From Eledone cirrhosa (taxonomy: Eukaryota): a stretch of DNA of 64,000 nt. Both the position numbers and the translations under genes were made by a program. The notes under the pieces were generated by a model. The model ran no database searches. It worked only from the letters and a program-made list of their open reading frames with translations, and had not been told where the DNA came from. Of the stretch, positions 19,049 to 33,565 are shown piece after piece. The stretch covers positions 14,818,001 to 14,882,000 of the forward strand of contig OZ024758.1 of the NCBI GenBank assembly GCA_964016885.1, in the 5' to 3' direction. Within the stretch, counting starts at the first letter, position 1. Each line of letters begins with the position of its first letter.

Positions 19049-20280
19049 CGTTTCTTGTCCATTTTTCCATACTAGCATGGGTTAGACGAGTTGTCCTGTT
19101 GTGGGCAATGCCAGGTCAGGTGACCATGTCTTGCACATACAGAACTGATTTTAGCTAGGTTTCTACGGCTGGATGCCCTTCCTAACGCCAACCTCATTTA
19201 CAGTGAGTACTGGATGCTTTTTTTTTTACCATAGTGCCTACTCGACCACTTTACAGTGTGGATGGGGTGCTTTTTGTTGTGACACCTACATGACCACTTT
19301 ACAGTGGGAGGGGGTGAGGGCATACTGTATATATGCTTCAGCTACAGCCTGTGGGAAGTCGGGTCTTCTGTATTACTGCGTAACACCAGAGATATAAATG
19401 TAATATTGTTATATTTGGGAAAGGTCATGTTATAATATTGCCAGAAAAATATATAATAAAACACACTCTCTGTTTGGTTTGGGTTGGTTTTCGCTTCAGT
19501 ATATTTTATATTTCTATAATTAATTCAGCTGGCAATCAATGTTTATCATTGATTGACCAACAGTTAAAAATATAGATATAAATATAGTTTTTCAGAGTTC
19601 TTTTGTCACACAACTGTGACATCACCAGTGTTGTTGTTATGTTTCCTTTATTATAATACTTGAGAGAAAGTCAATTGAATAGACACCAAAGATAATATAC
19701 CTGGGACCAGTGTAAATGTGGGTCTCCTGCTGGTTGGTTTTTGTCTGTAAAATCTGCCCAGCAATTCTTTGACATTAATCCATTACTATTTACATTACTA
19801 TATATATACTATTATAAGGCTTTATCTCACATAATATCGAATATATGAGATTTTGATATTATTTATTTTGAGAACAATATACTAACATCAGTATGAGCAG
19901 CCAGTTATGGCTGGTTTGAACAGAAAGAGGTGAGAGAATTCTGGTAGAATATGGCCAGTTTAAATGTTAAAGGGTTAATATGAAAATCAGAAAAAAATTA
20001 TGCAAAACAAACAACAAAAGCGAGACTATTTTTATAAATTTTATTGAAATAATATGTAAATAAAATTCTGATTGTTTCTTATCAGATGGCAGAAGTTATC
20101 ATAAAATAAATGAATGTGCATAAAAGGAGTTTTATTGTTAGAACAAGATTTAGTAATGAAGCTAAAGAAGACGTTTATACTAAACTGATATTAGCAGCAA
20201 GAAATTATTGCTAGTATTTATTGGTTGCATTTAACTGTTTTGTTACCATATTAAATACATAGCTTATGATTTTTAGATAA

Positions 20281-21690
20281 TGGGCATGTGGTTAGAATGT
20301 CTCATGAAAGAATCACTGGAGTCACTACAGATAGAGCTGCTACTTCTCCAAATTGAGAGACCACAGCTCCGATACTTTGGGCATGTGGTTAGAATGTCTT
20401 ATGAAAGAATCACTGGAGTCACTACAGATAGAGCTGCTACTTCTCCAAATGGAGAGACCACAGCTCCGATACTTTGGGCATGTGGTTAGAATGTCTCATG
20501 AAAGAATCACTGGAGTCACTACAGATAGAGCTGTTACTTCTCCAAATGGAGAGATCACAGCTCTGATACTATGGGCATGTGGTTAGAATGTTTTATGAAA
20601 GAATCACTGGAGTCACTACAGATAGAGCTGTTACTTCTCCAAATGGAGAGATCACAGCTCTGATACTATGGGCATGTGGTTAGAATGTCTTATGAAAGAA
20701 TCACTGGAGTCACTTCAGATAGAGCTGTTACTTCTCCAAATGGAGAGATCACAGCTCTGATACTATGGGCATGTGGTTAGAATGTCTTATGAAAGAATCA
20801 CTGGAGTCATTTCAGATAGAGCTGTTACTTCTCCAAATGGAGAGATCACAGCTCTGATACTATGGCCATGTGGTTAGAATGTCTTATGAAAGAATCACTG
20901 GAGTCACTTCAGATAGAGCTGTTACTTCTCCAAATGGAGAGATCACAGCTCTGATACTATGGGCATGTGGTTAGAATGTCTCATGAAAGAATCACTGGAC
21001 AGAGAGTCACTCTAGCTAGAGCTGCTATTTCTCTGAACTGAGAGATCATGGCTGTGATACTATGGGCATGTGGTTAGAATGTCTTAGGAAAGAATCACTG
21101 GACAAATTTGTAGCTTGGAAATCAGAGAGTCACTCCAGGTAGAGCCGCTACTTCTCCGAATTGAGAGATCACAGCTCCGAAACTATAGACATGTGGTTAG
21201 AATTTCTCATGAAAGAATCACTGGACAGATTTGTAGCTCAGAAATCAGAGAGTCACTCCAGGTAGAGCCGCTACTTCTCCGAATTGAGAGATCACAGCTC
21301 CGAAACTATAGACATGTGGTTAGAATTTCTCATGAAAGAATCACTGGACAGATTTGTAGCTCAGAAATCAGAGAGTCACTCCAGGTAGAGCTGTTACTTC
21401 TCTGAATTGAGAGATCACAGCTCTGATACTATGGGCATGTGGTTAGAATATCTCAGGAAAGAATCGCTGGACAGATTTTATGGGCAAAATCAACTGACAG
21501 GTGACCTAGAGGTAGACCCTGAGCAAGATGGTTGAATAACATCCATAAGCTTGGCTGGTCATGCTTGGGGATCCAACTGGATCAGTTGGAGTTGGTTGCT
21601 TCTGACAGAACCTGCTGGAAGGAGTGTTTAATGACTCTGTTCCCACGATCCTTTCAGGAATAAGTGGGTGAAGAACAAGAAAGAGATACA
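20281..21690 (+). repeat. Tandem array (97-bp then 123-bp units) of RTE/Expander-like LINE 3' coding sequence, ending in the LINE 3' end
   Basis: Units encode LLLRIERSQLRYFGHVVRMS; tgggcatgtggttagaat recurs every 97 bp; array runs into RGRP..RW and a ggaataagtgggtgaagaa tail. Confidence 0.88.
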
Positions 21691-22920
21691 ACATGCTGCA
21701 ACACGTTCTCTATCTCCAGCCTAGATTAAAAAATAATCAATTGTGTGTGTGCGCATGTGTCTGTGTTTACATCTACCTAGTGGTTTGACAAAAAAGATTG
21801 ATAAAAATACATAACAGATTTGAAAAAATGTACTGGGTTAATATAATCTACTAAATCATTTCAAGACAGTGCCTCAGCATGGTCGCAGTCTAATTACTGA
21901 AACCAGTAAAAGAATTAAGTAAGGTCGTACCCCAGTATGGCCACAGTAAAAAGACTGAAACCAGTAAAAGATTTGAGGTGGTGCTCCAGCATGGCCACAG
22001 TCTAATGACTGAAACCAGTATAAGAATACAAGAATAAAATAAAAGGCCATGTGCAATAATTCAATTAGTAGATGTGAGATCTTTAAGTGTTATGCAACTA
22101 AATACACTGCAGTGTATTTTGTAAGATGTTCTAACAATGTTGCAATCCACAGCTCTGTAAAATGTCTGCATTATAAACTAACAGTTCAGGTTCTTAGTTC
22201 TTATCTAAAACAGCAACACTTGAAAAAAAAAGGAAAGGAAAAAAAAAAAGAGGAAACAAAATGGCCACAACCTTTTCTTGTTTGCTGCTGTTAGATAATC
22301 TATGCAATAAATTCTTTTGCAGAAAAGAGACTTATCAAGAAACCCTGACACTGTATTCTTCAAGCTGCCATACCAATCTAGCATATCAACTTTGTATCTT
22401 CTCTCAATGGGTTTGGTCCTATCTTTCTTTACACAACATTATTAGAATCAGCTTTGTTAATCATCTCATTCTACATACTTCATCCTTCGTTCTTTTGCCA
22501 AAACTCTTTTCTCATTTTTGTTGTTATTTGTTGTTTGTCTCTATGACTCTTTCCTCTCAAGAAAACTATCTTCCTTTCTGACCTTTGCCAACTATTTATT
22601 TATTCTCAGCTTTATAGCAAGCATAGATTCAAATCTAAGTATAGACTTCAACTACAGTTGTATAAACCTTATTTATTTCATCCTAAATCAAGAATCTTGT
22701 AATTGCATGAAATCAATGAAACATATTTGCAAAATATACTAAAAATAATCTTCCTTTAAAAGCTCAGTCGGGTTTTGGGTTGTGTATATATACTGAGATG
22801 TCAAACCCTACATCTTTAGCTAGAATTTTTTGGAAATATATATATGTGTGTGTGTGTAATATATATATGTATATATATAAAACCCATGCTAGCATGTAAA
22901 ATGGATGCTAAACGATGATG

Positions 22921-22961
<41 letters not shown>

Positions 22962-22962
<1 letters not shown>

Positions 22963-23337
22963 CTCACTCGATATGCAAATTAGGCTGCTCAGCCATTAAT
23001 ATGCATAAGGAAAGTATATACTTTCAAACGTTCAATCAACTGACAGGAAGGAATACAGCGCTGATGGCAGCTAATAAGCTAGAAACTAGTTCATCGTTCC
23101 CGTGTCAGTGTTGAACAAAATGGCAACGATGGTTGCCGAACACTGTATGGCTTAATTCGGGCTGTTTGTTTACAAACAAACCTAGCATTATAATAAATGT
23201 TCGGTAACATATATATGTGTGCATGTATGCATATATATACATACTACTGTACGTTTGTATACATATATGTATGTACATACTTATATTTAAGTATCAGCCG
23301 TACTAAGAGTGAGAAATGAAATTTCATTTTTTCCATT
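22962..23337 (+). mobile_element. Penelope-like pLTR fragment, family G, with mutated hammerhead core
   Basis: CTGATGG-cagctaataagcta-GAAA-ctag-TT at 23061-23091; homologous to 33840-34140; flanked by (AT)n. Confidence 0.65.
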
Positions 23338-23757
23338 TATATATATATATATATATATATAAATATATAACAAAGGAATTGTGGTAAGGAACCAGATGGA
23401 CCATAACGCACCAGAGTACTCAATACTTAGAGTAGTAGAGTGGGAAATAGGAAAAAGTATGACCCCGACGGCAGAGCTCAAGCCGTTTCGACGGCTATTT
23501 CTGGATATATATATATATCCAGCCATAGAAAACCAGGCCACACTGTAAAGTGGACGTGTAAAAGACAAGGCACAAAAAGCACCCAGCACACACTGTCAAT
23601 GCAGTTGGCATTAGAAAGGGGATCCAGCCATAGAAAACCAGCCAGAAACTCTCCTATATGGTTCCCGATCCAACTTGCCTCTAAATGGGATAAGCCTGTC
23701 TAACTCATGCTAGCGTTGAAAATAGACGTTAATCGACGATGATGATGATGATGATGA

Positions 23758-23792
<35 letters not shown>

Positions 23793-24659
23793 AGTGGAAG
23801 CTTAGTAAAATCGAAGCTTTGGCTGTGGCCAAGCTAAGTCGACCTACAATAAGGAATGAGTAGCAAAGCACTCAATAAGGTTGAAGGCCTCAGAGTAATA
23901 ACATACGTTTAGACAGCTTAGCAAATTGAAAATTGCGGCAGGCAGACCTAGCCACACAATACCAAAAACTAACGAAAAAACTAATCAGGTTATATATATA
24001 TATATATATAAATATAAATTCAGCAAGAATCGTATTTCGGCTGGTAGAAAAAGCGAAACGAAACGCAAAATCGTAGAAATGCTGGCAAGCGCTCCAATAG
24101 TTAAGAAAACTAGAGCTAAACAATATGTTAAAACGCCATACAAACTGAAAAAGTGGTCAAGGAGGCATTAACCACCTAAGCCAAAAAACAAATCAAGCTA
24201 AACAGGTCAAACAAAATAAATGATAAAAACAGACCTGGACCCAAATGGAATTGATGGTAAAATCCAAATGCAGGGTTTCTATGACACCTAAATCAATAAT
24301 ACTGTCTGCTTAAAACTATAAGCTTTTAGCATAATGATCGAACAAGGAATATCACATTATCAACAGGTATTTTGCTCTGAAATCAACTTTATATATATAT
24401 ATATATATATATAAAAACCTGGGACGACTTGATAAATTCCGACCTCACACACTTACACCTCTCCAAGACAATGTCACTGGACCGAGAGCTTTGGCGCTAC
24501 ACAGTAATAAAGACTCGCCTTACCTAAGTACAAAGTGAAACCTACTACAGTCAGTAGGCACCTCTAACAAAATACACCCCGTCCCACTACCCCCACCCCA
24601 TCCACACCACCCCTTCAATGTAAAGTTATGTTGGTACCACAACATCCAGCACAATCCAA

Positions 24660-25036
24660 AACAAATGAGGTCGTGTAGGTGTCACGACAAAAAAACACAC
24701 AGTCCACGCTGTAATGTGGCCGTGTAGGCAACACGGTAAAAACCTCCCAGTCCCACACTGTAAATGTGGTTGGTGTTAGGAAGGGCATCCAGCTGTAGAA
24801 TACCCGCCAGACTGTCAATGCTGTAATGTGGCCGTGTAGGTAACACGGTAAAAACCTCCCAGTCCCACACTGTAAATGGGGTTGGTGTTAGGAAGGGCAT
24901 CCAGCTGTAGAAAACCCGCCAGACAGTCCTATGCGAGCAAGACAACCACTCTTGCCTCAAGTGGGAAAACCCCCGTCCAAACCCATGCAAGCGTGGAATA
25001 TGGACATTAAACGATGATGATGATGATGATGATGAT
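24660..25036 (+). mobile_element. SINE family 3 (RTE-5'UTR-like body, different RTE-type (GAT)n tail)
   Basis: ggtgttaggaagggcatccagctgtagaa body plus acccatgcaagcgtggaa..aaacgatgatgat tail; copies at 27158-27374, 44979-45200, 46797-47050 (-), 19040-19320 (-). Confidence 0.8.
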
Positions 25037-25094
25037 ATATATAGAAATTAAATGTTAGAGAAACCAATTTCGCATTCTGAACAAATGTATTTAA

Positions 25095-25222
25095 TGGCTT
25101 ACAATTGTTTCAAAAATCATATCAGCATTCAGCACATACAGATGAAAATTATCAATTATATACTCGATAAGAGCAAATGATAATAAAATGAAAAGAATGA
25201 TATGATCTCATCTTCAGAGCCG
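25095..25222 (-). ncRNA. Minimal hammerhead ribozyme with long stem II
   Basis: Minus strand: ggct-CTGAAGA-tgagatcatatca...tgatatgattttt-GAAA-caattg-TA-agcc. Confidence 0.72.
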
Positions 25223-25337
25223 AAAAGAAAATTGTCTTGCATCTAATACACATTGAGAGTACTGTAGCCCTCACTACTGGCATATAATTCTCATAACTAA
25301 TCTACTATCTCTCCTCCTTGATTAGTTTGTGCGCACA

Positions 25338-25374
<37 letters not shown>

Positions 25375-25706
25375 TCATCATCATCATTTCATCATCTCAT
25401 TTTTACGTCTGCTTTTTCCCTGCTTGCAAGGGTGGGACGGAAACTGATTCTGGCTTGATTTCTACAGCTGGATGTCCTTCCTAACAGCAACCTCATTTAC
25501 AGTGAGTGCTGGGTGCTTTTTTGCTGTGGCACCTACACGTCCACTTTACAGTGAGTGCTGGGTGCTTTTTTGCCGTGGTGCCTCCACGACCACTTTACAG
25601 TGGAATGATAAGAACCCCAGTCCCAATCATCTCATTTCTACGGCTGAGTAAACTAGAGCAATGTGAAATAAAGGCCAATGCTCTAACCACTAAGCCATGT
25701 GCCTCC
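25375..25706 (-). mobile_element. SINE family 1
   Basis: Same head and RTE tail as 11337-11692. Confidence 0.88.
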
Positions 25707-25759
25707 ATGTATATACAATGATATTAAATAAATGGAAACTATATTTATAAAACCATATT

Positions 25760-25820
25760 TATTCTATTATATATATTTCAAGGGTACCAAAACTTTAGTA
25801 CGCCCTCATCAGATAAAATA
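25760..25820 (-). ncRNA. Minimal hammerhead ribozyme, family A2
   Basis: Minus strand: tattttat-CTGATGA-gggcgtactaaagttttggtaccctt-GAAA-tatata-TA-atagaata. Confidence 0.75.
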
Positions 25821-26567
25821 CAAAGTTTGTTTTATAAATGTTGACATAACCAAGAAAAGATACCTTAACGGTTCAAGTTTTTCTTGGATAGTGAAGGAAA
25901 AGAGAAGAAAAGTAAGATATTTCAAATTATTAAGATGAGTATGCAAATGAGGTTGAGGTATAGGGCTGAAAAAACGTTATTTTTAGATGTTATGCAGAAT
26001 TTAAATAATTAGGATATATGTAGGATATATGTATGTATAAGTAGGAAGAAAAAAAAAAAGAAAGAAGAGCTTGTATTTACGTTAATTTAAAAGGAATTAA
26101 CAATATGATTCCAGAATTTAAATTTATTGAGCTATATTATGAGTTATAATATTGTATATATAATCAATTAGATTATATGAAGAATTTTGGTTGTAAGTAC
26201 AGTAGATTTTATCTTATTACATTACAACAGGTTGTTATTATATAAATATCTATATAGATTAATAATTGTACATGTATAAGTATTATAGAAATAGAAATAA
26301 GTTACAATATTAGTTGTTTACATTTCTCATATGAGTTACGAAGGATATTGATTCAGCATTTTACATAAAAAAAACATGTAGTTCAAGTTGTAAGAGGAGA
26401 ACAATTTGTAGATTCAAATATTTTGTTCCAACATTTAAAATGTTTTCAGAATATTGTTAATTTAGCGAAGTTGTATAGTTTATCATACATATGTTATAAT
26501 ATAATGTTTATGTTTGCACGATTGAAAAAGATAACTCCAACAAATTGAATATCCCTTTTGCTTATAC

Positions 26568-26600
<33 letters not shown>

Positions 26601-27739
26601 CATATACATACATGTATTCATAAATCTTTGCTGTTTTTTCCACCATTTTAAATATGATATATATATATATATATATACATACACTATAACATTATGAAAT
26701 GTTTTGGTCTAACAACATTTTGTTTGATGGATGTTTAACAAAAAGATATATTTAAGGTGATACCATGTATACTAGAATGAAGCTATACGAGGATCAGTAA
26801 CTGGAAACACTATCTGAGTGCCATGTTTATATTGATTTTAAGACATATCCAATATGGTGTCTGTATTGATATAAAGACAAATCCAATTCTCAGTGTTAAA
26901 CTTATCTATACTGTAACACAGTTGTTACAAAACCTTTTCAGTTCACAGAAGAAGAAAGAAGCTAATCCTGACAACAGACATAGAAAACAATGTTTCCATT
27001 GACTTTTTTTTTTCAGTGTTTATACTCTCTGTTGTAACTTCTGACAGAATTGCAATCATTGGTAGTAATCGGTAGAGCGTCAGACAACATGCTTCGCAGC
27101 TTAGAGTTATATAGTCCTTTACATTCTGAGTTCAAATCTTAAGATTACATCATTACATCTGTAATGTGGCCGTGTAGGCAACACGGTAAAAACCTCCCAG
27201 ACCCACACTGTAAATGTGGTTGGTGTTAGGAAGGGCATCCAACTGTAGAAAACCTGCCAGACAGTCCTATGCGAGCAAGACAATCACTCTTGCCTCAAGT
27301 GGGACTACCCCCGTCCAAACCCATGCAAGCGTGGAACACGGACGTTAAACGTTGATGATGATGATGATGATGATATATACATACATGAACAGGCAGTGAT
27401 ATATTGATTAATAATAAGATTAGGTGGTGTTTGTCATTTTTGATAATAACCAGTTAAATTCTGCTTGTTATAGATATTTATCATGACATTTTATTAACAA
27501 CAAAAGTTTGAATTTATGATCTTTATTATTGCTTTCCATGACATTAACAGCAATAGACCAGCGAATTTGAGATTTCAGTCCTGGCTCAAATATACTAAAA
27601 TATCAGCTTCATCCAAACTTTGACATTATCAATCCAACTGTATGAAGGCAGCTAATGCCAGTTAATCACAGAAACTGGAGATTCTGTTGATCAAATATTG
27701 TTTCATACTTTTACTTACTAATTTTGGATTTCGATGAGA

Positions 27740-28064
27740 AGAGCCTTGGTTCACAAATGGCCGTCATCACGAACAATTTTTTTCCAAACTTAAAATGTCT
27801 TGGTTCCTGAACAATATCTTGAATAACAAACATGCAAGCTGGCAACAATGGTTGGCAACAAGCTTGGAGTATCGGCAGGGAAGGCGTCACTTGCTGTTTA
27901 GTTAGTTATTATAGTGATATCTATCTGTATTTCATACAGTCTCACTCTCATTGTATTTCTCTTTCAACATTTTGTATGGGGAAAATAGTTTAGATTTATG
28001 AACATTTTGGGTGACAAACGGCCTTCAGGAATGCATTAAGTTCGGGAACTGAGATTCCACTGTA
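27740..28064. mobile_element. Tigger/pogo-like DNA transposon terminal remnant
   Basis: gttcgggaactgagattccactg|ta resembles a Tigger TIR with TA target; related ccttggttcacaaa motif at 27744. Confidence 0.45.
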
Positions 28065-29269
28065 TATTGAACACATTAGCTATAATAATGCACCCAGTAC
28101 ACTCTGTAAAGTGGTCAACATTAAGAATGGCATCTAACTGTAGAAAATATGCCAAAAATTGGATTAAGAGGGTTCTTCAGCTTTGTCTCAAGGACATGAA
28201 AATCTCTCTACGGCTGGTGCCATGATAAAATGCACCCAGAACATTCTGTAAAGTGGTTGACATTAGGAAGGGCATCTAACTGTAGAAAATATACCAATAA
28301 AACGATTGAGAGGGTTCTTCAGCTATGTCACAAGGACATGATATAAGGAAGAAATCTGGTGTATGGTATGTCAATATGGCGTCCCTATGACTCCCTCAGG
28401 AGTTACAGGTCCATACCATATCATACCAAAGGGAAGTTAACAATTTTTCTGTGTTTTTGAATGGCTAATATCTCTCTCTCTCTCTCTCTCTCACTCACTC
28501 TTTCTCTCTCTCTATCCCCCATCTCTCTCTTTCCCCCTCTGTCTTTCACTCTCTCTCTTCCTCCCCCTCTCTCTTCCTCCCCCTCTCCCTCTCTTTCTTC
28601 CCCTCCCCCTCTCCCCCTCTTTCTCCCCCTCTCTATTTACCCCCCTCTCTACCCCCCCACTCTCTCTCTCTCTCTTCCATTATGTAATTACTTTACTTCC
28701 AACAGACAATCTTAGACCAAGTCATTTTGCCAGACAAATGTGTAACTCTTTTCTCTCTACGTAAAGATGAAAAAAAAAACAAAAAAAAAAAAAAAACACA
28801 ACTAAGAAGTAAAAATTATACAATTTGTTTGAGTTAGTAATGTAGTAAATTTTGAGAAAAAGAATGTTGAAGATAATCGATCATAAAGGTGTGAATTGAA
28901 TTCCTTCTAATCATTAACACATCCTCGTAATCATTCCCCCAGATATTTTTTCTGAAATATTTCGAGAAAACCAATATTAAAATCAATTATTTCCACTAAA
29001 GTTTGTGTGAAATAGTTTTTGAAATTATTTAGCTGAATTTATACAAGTATGGAATTTTCAGCTTGGAATTGAAATTTTTATTAAAATAAAAACAAATAAA
29101 AAGCATCAATAAAATATTCCAAGTTAAGAAAAACTGAGGAACATGAGAAGATAGCAAAATATCTTCAAACATATCAAATTTACTCATTTATTAGCTAAAT
29201 TGTTTTTTCTCCATTTAGGTTGTTGACATTAGAAAGAGCAATGTATGAAGAAAACATGGTTCTCTGACA

Positions 29270-29925
29270 CATCATCATCATCATCATCGTCATCATCATC
29301 ATAGTCATCATCATCATCATCATAGTCATCATCATCATCATCATAATCACATCATCATCATCACCATCACCATGATCATGATCATCACCATCATCATAAT
29401 CACCATCATCATCATCATCACCATCATCATCACCACCATCATCATTACAACCATCACCATCATCACCACCATCACCATCATCATTATTATCACCATCATC
29501 ATAATTATTATTATTATCACCATAATCATCATCATCACCATCACCATCATCATCACCATCATCACCATCACCATCACCATCATCACCATCACCACCATCA
29601 CCATCATCACCATCACCATCATCACCACCACCATCATCACCATCATCATCACCACCACCATCACCATCACCACCATCATCACCATCATCACCATCACCAT
29701 CATCACCATCATCACCATTATCATCATCATCATCACCATCATCATCATTACAACCATCACCATCATCACCACCATCACCATCATCATTATTATCACCATC
29801 ATCATCCTTATTATTATTATCACCATAATCATCACCACCACCATCACCATCACCATCATCATCACCATCATCACCATCATCACCACCATCATCACCATCA
29901 CCATCACCATCACCACTACCACCAC
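29270..29925. repeat. (CAT/CAC)n repeat
   Basis: Directly visible. Confidence 0.92.
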
Positions 29926-30310
29926 ATGCTACATGGTAGTGAAACATGGGCAGTGACCGCAGAGGACATTCCAAAGGGTGGAGAGAAATGAAGCAACCAT
30001 GTTTCAATGGATGTGCAGTGTTAATGTGCAAGAACGACAACGCATGGATGAACTAAGAGACAACTGGGTATAAGAGGAATCAGATATAGTGTGCAGGAAA
30101 GGAGACTGCATTGGTATCGACATGTGATGTCCCAGGATGATGATCACTGGGTGAAGAAGTGCCAAATAATCCCAGTGGAAAGAAGCTGCAGTAGAGGAAG
30201 ACCAAGTAAAACCTGGATGGAAGTGGTGAGAGCTGATGTCAGATCATTAAAGCTCACAGAGGAGATGATAAAGGAATGCAACATGTGGAGAGATGCTGTA
30301 CTGAGAACTG
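29925..30310 (+). mobile_element. Degenerate 3' fragment of the same RTE family as 6028-9144
   Basis: QERRLHWYRHVMSQDDDHWVKKCQ...RGRPSKTW aligns to the LINE C-terminus. Confidence 0.88.
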
Positions 30311-30359
30311 CAAAAGCTGACTACAAGGTTTAGTTTCATCCTGTCATCTAGTCGCTGAG

Positions 30360-30947
30360 TTAACCCTTTAGCATTTACATTACTCTATATTTACTATTTT
30401 ATTTTCATAGTAAAGGGTTTACCTCACATAATATCTCACATAACATTTACATTACTCTATATATACTATTGTATTTTCATAGTAAAGGGTTTGCCTCACA
30501 TAATATCTCACATAATATTTACATTACTCTATATATACTATTGTATTTTCATAATAAAGGGTTTGCTTCACATAATATCTCACATAACATTTACATTACT
30601 CTATATATACTATTTTATTTTCATAGTAAAAGGTTTGCCTCACATAATATCTCACATAATATTTACATTACTCTATATATACTATTGTATTTTCATAGTA
30701 AAGGGTTTGCTTCACATAATATCTCACATAACATTTACATTACTCTATATATACTATTGTATTTTCATAGTAAAGGGTTTACCTCACATAATATCTCACA
30801 TAATATTGAATCTATGAGATTTTGATATCATTTATTTTGAGAACAATACCTTAACATCAGTATGAGTGGCTGGTTACAGCCGGTTTGAACAGAAAGAGGT
30901 GAGAAAATACTGGCCAGATATGGTCAGTTTAAATGCTAAAGGGTTAA
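30360..30947. mobile_element. TTAA MITE with internal 72-bp tandem expansion (~6 copies)
   Basis: TIRs ttaaccctttagcattta/taaatgctaaagggttaa; catttacattactc recurs every 72 bp. Confidence 0.88.
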
Positions 30948-31288
30948 TATAAATGTTGGGCCAAAACTGAGGAGTTTAAGTTCTTTGTGTGATAGTGATG
31001 GAGAGATGCTGTACTGAGAAGGAACTGTCTAACCCAAGGATGGAACAATGGACATAAAATGATGATGATGATGATGTTGGTGATTTCACCAATCCACCAG
31101 CCACAGTTTGGTACTTATATATATTTACTCTGAAAGGAAGAAAGGTAAAACTGACTCCAGTAGGAATTGAACTCTGAACACAGTGGCGCAGACCAAATAC
31201 AGAACCATTTAATATGACTCTACAACAACTCTTCCAAGCTCTCACCAGGTTTCATGTACATGTACTAATTCTAGTTAGGGTGTATGTG

Positions 31289-31626
31289 TCATCATCATTT
31301 CATTTTATGTCCGCTTTTTCCCTGCTTGCAAGGGTCGGACGGGAACTGATTCTGGCTTGATTTCTACAGCTGGATGCCCTTCCTAACACCAACCTCATTT
31401 ACAGTGTGGGCTGGGTGCTTTTTTGCCGTGGCACCTCCACGACCACTTTACAGTGGAATGATAGGGACCCCAGTCCCTATCATCTCATTTCTACAGCTGA
31501 GTAAACTGGAGCAATGGGAAATAAAGTGTCTTGCTCAAGGAAACAACACATCACCCGGTCTGAGAATTGAACTCACAACCTTTCGATTGTAAGGCCAATG
31601 CTCTAACCACTAAGCCATGTGCCTCC
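31289..31626 (-). mobile_element. SINE family 1
   Basis: Full head, body and RTE tail. Confidence 0.9.
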
Positions 31627-32849
31627 ATATGTATATATATATATATGAGTGCGTGTATGTGAGTGTGTATGTATATGTATGTGTATATGTGTAGATGTAT
31701 GTATATGGGTGTGTAATGTGTGAATGTCTATGTATGTATATGGGTGTGTAATGTGTGAATGTCTATGTATACGTATGTGTGTGTATGTACACATATGTAT
31801 ATATGAGTGTGTATGTGTATGAGTGTGTCTGTGTACGTGTGTGTATGTATGTATATGAGTGTGTGTATGTGAATGTGTATGTATACGTATGAGTGAGTAT
31901 GTACATGTATGTGTGTATGTGAATGTGTATGTATATATATATGTGTGTGTATATATATGTGTGTGTGTATGTGAGTGTGTATGTATATGAGTGTATATAT
32001 ATATGAGTGTGTGTATGTGAATGTGACTGTGTATGAGTATATGTATATGAGTATATGTATGTACGTGTGTGAATGTGACTGTATGAGTAGATGTATATGA
32101 GTATATGTATATAAGTGTGTGTATGTGTGTATATATATGTATATGAGTGTGTATTTATACGTATGTATATGTGTATTTTAGTTTGAGAAAATTTCCTGTT
32201 GCCTTTTAAATTGTAGTCAATAAATTTACTCTATTGAGTCGTTTCCTGACCCCCCCCCCAAAAAAAACAACAACAAAACAATAACAAAAAAGCAACAACA
32301 ACAACAACAAAAAAAAAACGAAAACAAAACATCATTAAAATTAATTCTGTTAAATAAAACGATGTTAAGAGTTGTTTTATAAGAAAAATTGTGAAATTGA
32401 AGAGAGGAATCTTAACTTTGTTTTAAGCATTGAACGATGTTGATTTGTCAACTTAAAACTGGTTGGATTCCCAACTGATGGTAGACTCATTAACAGCAGA
32501 AACGAGCGGCTTACAATACAGATAATTCAAAGAATAATAATAAATACAATGACTTTAACTTCACACATTAATGCATTAATGTATTGATTTTCTTGTTATC
32601 ATTTTTGTTCCATTCCTTCCTTCAAAAATGTTTGCTTTAGTAGTCCATTAAAACTTATATTATATTGTTTTCATTCTGTGGTAGAATGTATTTCTCTTCC
32701 ACAGAGTAAGTGCCATTATCTAGCTAGGAGCAGTCATAAAAATACTGTTTCCACCACACCTACCCTCTACCCACCCCCTCGGCCGTTTCCTACCTCTCCG
32801 CTTGTTGTTGCTAATAGCAACACTTTTTACGTTAGTACAGATAAGCAAG

Positions 32850-32902
<53 letters not shown>

Positions 32903-32973
32903 CATCATCATCGTTTAACATCCATCTTCCACGCTTGCATATATATACATATATATATTATATATATGTATTC

Positions 32974-33024
<51 letters not shown>

Positions 33025-33074
33025 TTAAGTCAAATATGTCAAATTTGGCTTTGTTTAGTATAAATTTTAGATAT

Positions 33075-33129
33075 ACTGCTATATATATTCCGGTGACAGC
33101 CATCATTGGCTGTGACCTCTTCAGGCAGT
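33075..33129 (-). ncRNA. Minimal hammerhead with GAAA>GGAA core mutation
   Basis: Minus strand: actgc-CTGAAGA-ggtcacagcca atga tggctgtcacc-GGAA-tatata-TA-gcagt. Confidence 0.65.
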
Positions 33130-33459
33130 CCGAATTGGTGTGGGAGAGACAGGTACACATTGTTGAAGTGTGTTTTACTCCATCAATACATCGATATGTC
33201 CAGCTCCTGGTTGTGTTGTTATTTCTCTGAGGAACTGGAATCATATATATATATAACGAAGGAGGTGTGGTAAGGAACCAGATGGACCATAACGCACCAG
33301 AGTACTCAATACTTATGGTAGTAGAGTGGTTAATAGGAAAAAGTTTAACCTCGACGTTAAAGTTTAACCCCGACGGCAGAGCTCAAGCCGTTTCGACGGC
33401 TATTTCTATATATATATATATATATACATATATATACATATATATATATATATATACAG

Positions 33460-33547
<88 letters not shown>

Positions 33548-33565
33548 ATGTAATACATATAATAT

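Noticed and set aside
18732-19078. Poly-His/Asp/Gly/Met ORFs (also 29195-30040, 35316-35564, 52475-53027)
   Set aside because: Trinucleotide repeat expansions next to retroelement tails; no splice or domain evidence.
31374-31592. Recurrent MPFLTPTSFTV ORFs as a gene family
   Set aside because: Antisense reading of SINE family 1, with frame disruptions between copies.
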